A stretch of DNA of 64,000 nucleotides from an uncultured Roseburia sp. (GTDB lineage Bacteria; Bacillota; Clostridia; Lachnospirales; Lachnospiraceae): contig CAYUKO010000001.1 in NCBI GenBank assembly GCA_964445375.1, forward strand, positions 9,302 to 73,301. Reading direction: 5' to 3'. Both the position numbers and the translations under genes were made by a program. A model generated the notes under the pieces. That model made no database searches and had not been told where the DNA came from. It saw nothing but the letters and a program-made list of their open reading frames with translations. Shown here one piece after another: positions 58,482-64,000 of this stretch. Position 1 is the first letter of the stretch. Each line of letters opens with the position of its first letter.

Positions 58482-61037
58482 CTACTCCACCTGCTGTGCT
58501 GTTTCCTCCCCACGCACATCAGGTAATTCACCCTTTTGTCTACGACTCCTTGGTTTCTGCATTAGCAGCATTTGTACGAAGAAAAATGCAAAGCCTGCCG
58601 GAATACATGGGTGAAACGCCCATTCTGTCAGGCTGGTAAAACCAAATACGATAATCAACGAAAATGGTACAAAATAAATACTATAATTTCTTGCATAATG
58701 ATATGCAAACATAATCGCTTTCCACAAGGTAACGGCACATAAAACCAAAAATGCCACACCTGCTATGAATCCAAAATCATAAGCTACCTGAATGTAGGAA
58801 TTATGTGCATGGGAATGCGAATATTGTTCTGTTTCCAGTGCCATCTTCTCATGACCACCAAGCTTTAGGTTCTTTATATAATCGCTAAATATCTCAAATC
58901 GTCCATTCGAAACATCCGACTGGCTTTCTGCCATCTCTTCAGAATCAGCAGCAGAAGGATATGATACAGGTAACGTATTCTTTCCTATGTATGCCAGAAG
59001 CATATCATCCATTCTCTCTTCTCTTGCTTCCTCTTCTTCAGATTGAAATCTTCCAAAGAACACATCAAAATAACGCTGTATGGTCATATATTTATCCGAA
59101 TCGACCTTATCGCCTTCATAAATCATATAAGAACGATCCTGTGGTTCAATCTCATAACGAACCGGATCATTTATCACTGCCGGCACAACCCTTATCACAG
59201 AATACATCAAAGGAAAGCTGATTACAATAGCAGCGCCAAGGAAAACACACTCTGTAACGATTTGTCTTACCTCTTTCTTATATACAATGGCTGCCAGAAG
59301 CACAACTGCTATCACATTGACAGCAAGCGTGAGCATCGCTGTTCTTGACATCGTAAACAGGATATTGGCTACCGCTGCAACCAGAACAAACAGTTCTATT
59401 TTACCTGTCTTCCACAATTTATCGCTATTTTTCCACTTTCCATATAGCTTTGCTAACGCAGCTCCCGTTACCACACCAAGATACATTCCTGTGCAGGCAA
59501 CCGTATGAAAGATACCATTATAACGATAGCGCATCCAGTAATGATATGGTCTGTGCATAAGGCAAAACAGCATGACAAACCCAAAACTTAACAAAATTCC
59601 ATTGGTAAAGTTCTTAAGCAGACGGCTTTTACCCGCAGCGCTCAAATCCATAAAAAGTATGGTCAAAAACGGAAGTGTCGCAACAAATACCCATACTTTA
59701 TCAAAGCGATTACTATACATAAATACAACAAAAACCAACCACACTGCAAAGAATGGCCAGTATATTGTCTTCCAAAAATCTTTCTTTACTTGTCTAAGTG
59801 TGTTTACAATCACAAGCCCCCACACAACCGTTACTGCTGCGGCAAGCTTTGCAAGGTACCATTCCTGTTCCCCTTCCACACCATGACAATAGGTTACAGA
59901 ACCAAGAAACCCTGCAGCGAGCCATATTCCACTCATATAATTACACAGTTCTTTCTCTGTATATATCATCAAAAAGGCGATGCCCAGAAAAATGAGCATC
60001 CATCTGGTATTCACATAATGATAATATTCCCTGTCCGCATTAACATACTGACAAAGAGCATAAAATAATAACCCAAAGCTAACTGTCTGAATATAATTGC
60101 GCCAAATAAGAGAACTCTGCTTATCTGCTCGAAGCTTTGATTTCTTTCTTTTGGCTCCCGGCATCCAGACAGCATAATAGAACCATAATACACCAACCAA
60201 AGAAGCTGCTCCATATACACATCGGTCTGCTATCTCTCCGCCAAAACCATTCCTGATGACAGCAAAAACAAAAAAAACAAATGCTGCAAGCGCCACAACA
60301 ACGCCAGTCACTCTTTTTCCATAAAAACAAAACGTTTCCAGATATTCTTCAAAATAATATAAAAGCCATACGATTCCTATATAGCAAAGAATTGCTATCA
60401 CAAGAATCAGTAAGTCATAACCTATGATATGAAATACCGTCAGTTCTCTGGTATAGTCAAAGTCTGCAACAAGAGAAGTATCCTCTGTGTAGATACCATC
60501 TATATAAAGAATGGTATTCTCTTCCTGTCCAAGACTTGCTTTATCCCCAACCGGCAGTCTAAGACTTCCTGTTGTTTCTTCCGGAATTATGATTTCATAA
60601 TAATAGTCTTTTTCCAGTTCTACATCCATATCCGGTGTTGCCAGAAATCCACCATTTTTCTCAAGAAGTCCAAAGGATTGTGTCTCTTCGTAAATACAGG
60701 AAAACGAATCGTTATAAAGTCGAAACATCACATAATCCTGATTCGCGTCGTACCCTTCTTCGCAAGACAGATAAACAAAAACTTCATGTAGATGCTCCTG
60801 CAAAAAACGAACCGCCTGCAGCTTTTTATCTGCACTGGTAAAGGTTTCACCCGAAAGATTCTTCGTAGATGAATACGCCTGCTGAACCGATTCTGTATGG
60901 CGTTGCACCAGACCAAGTGGCCAGACACGGCATAACAGAATAAAAGCAAGCGTGGCTATCACGATTTGAATAATTGTATTTCTTCTTACATGCTCAGAAT
61001 CATATGCAGCATGTTCCATCAGTTCCCTTGGATTCAA
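58482..61037 (-). CDS. Large O-antigen-ligase/Wzy_C-family membrane protein with an extra N-terminal extracellular domain
   Basis: More than 12 TMs, TMSRTA, SNGRFEIF, HAHNSYIQVAYDFG. The ORF extends to TTG 61109, but that stretch contains a promoter; the start is probably TTG 61037 or ATG 61019, after GGAG/AGGGA. Confidence 0.75.
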   Translation of the reverse strand: MNPRELMEHAAYDSEHVRRNTIIQIVIATLAFILLCRVWPLGLVQRHTESVQQAYSSTKNLSGETFTSADKKLQAVRFLQEHLHEVFVYLSCEEGYDANQDYVMFRLYNDSFSCIYEETQSFGLLEKNGGFLATPDMDVELEKDYYYEIIIPEETTGSLRLPVGDKASLGQEENTILYIDGIYTEDTSLVADFDYTRELTVFHIIGYDLLILVIAILCYIGIVWLLYYFEEYLETFCFYGKRVTGVVVALAAFVFFVFAVIRNGFGGEIADRCVYGAASLVGVLWFYYAVWMPGAKRKKSKLRADKQSSLIWRNYIQTVSFGLLFYALCQYVNADREYYHYVNTRWMLIFLGIAFLMIYTEKELCNYMSGIWLAAGFLGSVTYCHGVEGEQEWYLAKLAAAVTVVWGLVIVNTLRQVKKDFWKTIYWPFFAVWLVFVVFMYSNRFDKVWVFVATLPFLTILFMDLSAAGKSRLLKNFTNGILLSFGFVMLFCLMHRPYHYWMRYRYNGIFHTVACTGMYLGVVTGAALAKLYGKWKNSDKLWKTGKIELFVLVAAVANILFTMSRTAMLTLAVNVIAVVLLAAIVYKKEVRQIVTECVFLGAAIVISFPLMYSVIRVVPAVINDPVRYEIEPQDRSYMIYEGDKVDSDKYMTIQRYFDVFFGRFQSEEEEAREERMDDMLLAYIGKNTLPVSYPSAADSEEMAESQSDVSNGRFEIFSDYIKNLKLGGHEKMALETEQYSHSHAHNSYIQVAYDFGFIAGVAFLVLCAVTLWKAIMFAYHYARNYSIYFVPFSLIIVFGFTSLTEWAFHPCIPAGFAFFFVQMLLMQKPRSRRQKGELPDVRGEETAQQVE

Positions 61038-61075
61038 TGCGATAACCTTCTCCTTCCGTTGTTTTTGCTTATCGT

Positions 61076-61104
61076 AGTATAGCACAATCACTTGTTGAAT
61101 ACAA
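61076..61104 (-). promoter_or_regulatory. Sigma-A-like promoter (extended -10) for unit A
   Basis: TTGTAT (61104-61099), 17 nt spacer ending TGC, TATACT (61081-61076), immediately after the 61106 stop. Confidence 0.75.
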
Positions 61105-61105
61105 C

Positions 61106-62608
61106 TCAAGTATTTTCTGTCTTATGTCCTACTTCTTCGCGAATGACATACTGTGGAGAGTTATTAATACTGATGTAAATTCTTCCAACATACTCTCCTA
61201 CCAGACCTAGCATAATCATAATCATTCCACCAAAAAATACCAAAGCTGACATGAGGGCACTAAAGCCCATTGGTACATTCGGATTCACGAATCTCTTAAT
61301 AATCGTATAGATTCCATATAAGAATCCCACGCCCGCGCAGATACTTCCTGCTACGGTTGCAATACGAAGCGGCAGAATGGAAAATGCGGTAAATCCATTA
61401 AACCATAATCCTAACAGCTTCTTCATGGTATATCCGGATGCACCGATTTCACGGCTTCTATGATTTACAGGCACATTGGTAATGTTCTTGGTTGCACGAA
61501 GCACCAGACCTATAATATAAGGATAACTCTTCTCATAGGCCAGCATGCTCTCTACCACAAAACGCTTTGCCGCAAAGTAGCTTGTCAGATGCAAATCCTT
61601 CGGTTTCCCAAGCATTACCCTTGTCATGATATCATTCATCCAAGTACCAAAATTACGGAATGCGCTGTGTTTTTTAGACTCATACTGCGCATATACAACA
61701 TCGCTTCCCTCTTCGATTCCTGCAAGCAGCTTTCCAACCTCATTGGCGGGTGTCTGACCATCATCATCCAGACATACCACGATATCTCCATCTGACTTAC
61801 GAAGTCCTGCCATCAATGCCGAATGCTGCCCGAAATTCTTCGCCAGACTGATTCCTGTAATATTGTCATACTGGTTACAGAGCTTTCTAATCACCTCAAA
61901 GGTATTATCCGGCGAGCAGTCATTAATCAGAAAAATGTCATATTGATACGCAGTCAGTGTCTGCATCGTATCACGAATCTCATTGATCACGCCCTCTAAT
62001 GTCTTCTCGCTACGATAGCAGGGAATAATAAAACTAACCTTTTTCTTATCTGCCTGTTTACTCTCTTGTTCTGCCGGATTAATGGCGCCATAGAAAATCA
62101 AATCTTCATATTTTCCATCCAAAAACAGTTCATCCTTTAAATAAGACTCCAGCTTATAGCCTGCCTTCTCATGCATCTTACGACTTCCCTGATTGTAGCT
62201 TAACACCCTTGCCGTAAGCTTATGAAGCTTTAACGTAGAAAACGCATACTCCAAAACAAGCTTTGCTGCCTCTGTTCCGATTCCTCTTCCATAAGCTTCG
62301 TCCTCACCTAAAAAGATGCCTTCTTCTGCCTGACGGCTTGTCTCATTAAAATTCTGCAAATAGATCGAACCAAGCGGCTTATCAGATTGTAAGTCGCAGA
62401 TGATAAACTGAATCACCTGTCCTGTCTCCACTTTATTATGAAGCCAGTTTATATGCTCTTCCTTACTGATATTCTTACGGTAAATGAAATTCTCTACAAT
62501 CTTCCTGTCATTTCTCCATCGAACCACGTTATCCGTATCCTCTATGGTAATCGGGCGAAGATAAATCTGACTTCCCTTGATTCTTAAATCCTTTTGTACC
62601 TGTTCCAT
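61106..62608 (-). CDS. Fusion: PseH/RimJ-like GNAT N-acetyltransferase + GtrB/ArnC-like GT2
   Basis: GNAT part: YLRPIT, WRND, GRGIGTEA, LHKL, HEKAGY. GT2 part: KVSFIIPCY, DCSPD, NFGQHSALMAG, LDDDGQTP, two TMs, GEYVGRIY. Confidence 0.88.
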   Translation of the reverse strand: MEQVQKDLRIKGSQIYLRPITIEDTDNVVRWRNDRKIVENFIYRKNISKEEHINWLHNKVETGQVIQFIICDLQSDKPLGSIYLQNFNETSRQAEEGIFLGEDEAYGRGIGTEAAKLVLEYAFSTLKLHKLTARVLSYNQGSRKMHEKAGYKLESYLKDELFLDGKYEDLIFYGAINPAEQESKQADKKKVSFIIPCYRSEKTLEGVINEIRDTMQTLTAYQYDIFLINDCSPDNTFEVIRKLCNQYDNITGISLAKNFGQHSALMAGLRKSDGDIVVCLDDDGQTPANEVGKLLAGIEEGSDVVYAQYESKKHSAFRNFGTWMNDIMTRVMLGKPKDLHLTSYFAAKRFVVESMLAYEKSYPYIIGLVLRATKNITNVPVNHRSREIGASGYTMKKLLGLWFNGFTAFSILPLRIATVAGSICAGVGFLYGIYTIIKRFVNPNVPMGFSALMSALVFFGGMIMIMLGLVGEYVGRIYISINNSPQYVIREEVGHKTENT

Positions 62609-62650
62609 TCCTTTACACCTTTCTGCATCTCATCCTCATGTAATGTAAGT

Positions 62651-64000
62651 CTATTGTAACTGGTATACCGTAAAGCACGCGGTATCTCCATCATATATCG
62701 TATCAATTCTTTCAGGCTGTATCACATATCCCTGAAAAGCATAATAATTAACAAGCCAGCTTAAATCCTTATCACAGGCAGCAATAAAATACGCTTTCTG
62801 TTCCGGATACAATGCGCTTTCCAGATCATTTATCATACTGTTTGCAAGCTTTTCCTGCATGAGAGGGCTTTTTGCCAGCCATCCTCCACAGATATCGAAA
62901 TTCCGATAACGGTTATCCACATTTTTATATATTTTCTCAGAATATGAGATTCCTTCATAAGAAGTGGAAGAATACACATCTACTACATAATATGCCTCAT
63001 CATGCTCTTTACAATAAGCAATCAATGACTCCCAACGGGAATTGATGCGTTCTCTGTCCTCATACTCCGTTCTTGTTCGCTGTATATTACCGAAAAGTGC
63101 CACAAGCCCGCAAAGAGCTATCAGCACATACACACCACTTAGCTGAATCTTTGTAAATATCGGATTCTTCGTATCTTCCTGCTTCCTGCGTGTTTCCTCC
63201 ACAATCCAGCCAAGCAGTACAAGAAACTCAGCAAGCAACAGTGGAATGGTAATTCTCTCCAAACAACGGTCTACCATATATAAATATATCCACAATATGC
63301 TTCGAATAACCAGAAGCAGGGAAACTTTCCAGTAACAGCCGCTCTTTTTCCTGCTGCCTGCAAGCAGAATATAAGATACATAAGCAGCAATCAGTACATA
63401 TGCATAGACACCGCTCTTTAATCCAAGCAGATGTTCCTTATAAAGCCATATGGCTTCTTTCAAACTATTCTTACTGAGAAAGCCTGCTGTTTTAGCAAGT
63501 CCATTCGATTCTCCTGCATGCTGCTTATGAAATTCTACAAGCTTTTCCAGCAAATGCTCATCTATCGATTCATCCAGTGAAAAGTTATAATTCTCTAATA
63601 GCGTATAGGATTCCCTTGCTAAACCAATTTCCTGATAAAACTCGTGATTGGCTTCATAGGAAGGTAATCCATAGAAATCATAAATATCTGTTCTTGCATC
63701 GAAAAAGCGTTGGAAAGACTTCCAATCCTCTGCATCTTCTGCTGTCGCATAGGCACACTGGTCTATAACATACATAGCTGCCATGCCAAGTAACGCTATG
63801 CCAACTACATACAGATAGCGTTTTACATTGTTCACAGTAAATATCTTTTCCTGCGCCATCCATTTTGCAAATCCGGCAAGCAATAAAAACGGAAAGAGCA
63901 TAATACAAAGCTCTGTTCGTATCAGAAAGGAAAGTATTACTAACAAAATCGGAGCGATATTCTGTTTTAAATACGTTATTGGAGACTCCGCTTCTTCTCC
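62651..64000 (-). CDS. Multi-pass membrane protein of unknown function, possible GT-C (5' end outside window)
   Basis: The frame is open from 64000 (GEEAESPITYLKQNIAPILLV...) to TAG at 62651; TM segments flank a large extracellular loop (RTDIYDFYGLPSY). Confidence 0.75.
   Translation of the reverse strand, partial: GEEAESPITYLKQNIAPILLVILSFLIRTELCIMLFPFLLLAGFAKWMAQEKIFTVNNVKRYLYVVGIALLGMAAMYVIDQCAYATAEDAEDWKSFQRFFDARTDIYDFYGLPSYEANHEFYQEIGLARESYTLLENYNFSLDESIDEHLLEKLVEFHKQHAGESNGLAKTAGFLSKNSLKEAIWLYKEHLLGLKSGVYAYVLIAAYVSYILLAGSRKKSGCYWKVSLLLVIRSILWIYLYMVDRCLERITIPLLLAEFLVLLGWIVEETRRKQEDTKNPIFTKIQLSGVYVLIALCGLVALFGNIQRTRTEYEDRERINSRWESLIAYCKEHDEAYYVVDVYSSTSYEGISYSEKIYKNVDNRYRNFDICGGWLAKSPLMQEKLANSMINDLESALYPEQKAYFIAACDKDLSWLVNYYAFQGYVIQPERIDTIYDGDTACFTVYQLQ

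Noticed and set aside
60264-60281. A5-C-A8-C-A3 tract in the ligase gene (also T8 at 6922-6929) as phase-variation sites
   Set aside because: Short A/T runs are expected in an AT-rich genome, they encode ordinary FVFFVF and MKKN, and the frames are intact.
20701-61037. PglB/STT3-type N-linked oligosaccharyltransferase
   Set aside because: No WWDxG motif or STT3-like architecture in any membrane protein of the window.
61038-61109. TTG start of the ligase overlapping the upstream TGA
   Set aside because: A near-consensus extended -10 promoter lies within this stretch, so a downstream start is more plausible.
1-64000. CRISPR arrays, rRNA/tRNA, IS elements, integrases, invertible promoters
   Set aside because: No repeat-spacer pattern, RNA-gene signature, transposase/recombinase ORF or paired inversion repeats were seen; almost all sequence is accounted for by CDSs.

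Overview
The whole window is one surface-polysaccharide/glycoconjugate biosynthesis region from a low-GC Gram-positive bacterium. A gut Lachnospiraceae/Clostridiales-type host is inferred from gene content and AGGAG-type RBSs, not proven. All 52 supportable CDSs lie on the minus strand, and the first and last run off the window edges. Sigma-A-like promoters at about 61.1 kb, 39.45 kb and 4.09 kb, plus intrinsic terminators at about 39.5 kb and 4.05 kb, suggest at least three transcription units. Unit A (61.0-39.5 kb) holds a large O-antigen-ligase-like protein, a PglF/PglE/PglC/PglA-like initiation set with an ATP-grasp enzyme where an acetyltransferase usually sits, TviB/TviC-like UDP-GalNAcA synthesis, AsnB, a Fem-like GNAT, a DUF2334 deacetylase-like protein and GT4s. 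Unit B (39.4-4.1 kb) holds a second AsnB, GT-C membrane transferases, three GT11, GT14, GT17 and DUF5672 transferases, a PglK-like ABC flippase, Wzy, Wzx, FdtA/FdtB and two MBOAT-SGNH O-acylation pairs, with an embedded AAA-ATPase/PD-(D/E)XK gene. Unit C (<4.0 kb) holds a GtrB-like GT2, a cytidylyltransferase-oxidoreductase fusion and a second PglK-like ABC flippase. I saw no rRNA, tRNA, CRISPR array, transposase or integrase. The best candidate for an undescribed system is a Pgl-like lipid-linked oligosaccharide pathway with ABC flippases, a ligase/O-OTase-like enzyme, several GT-C decorators and a large charge-editing toolkit. All family calls come from motif recognition by eye; no database searches were run.
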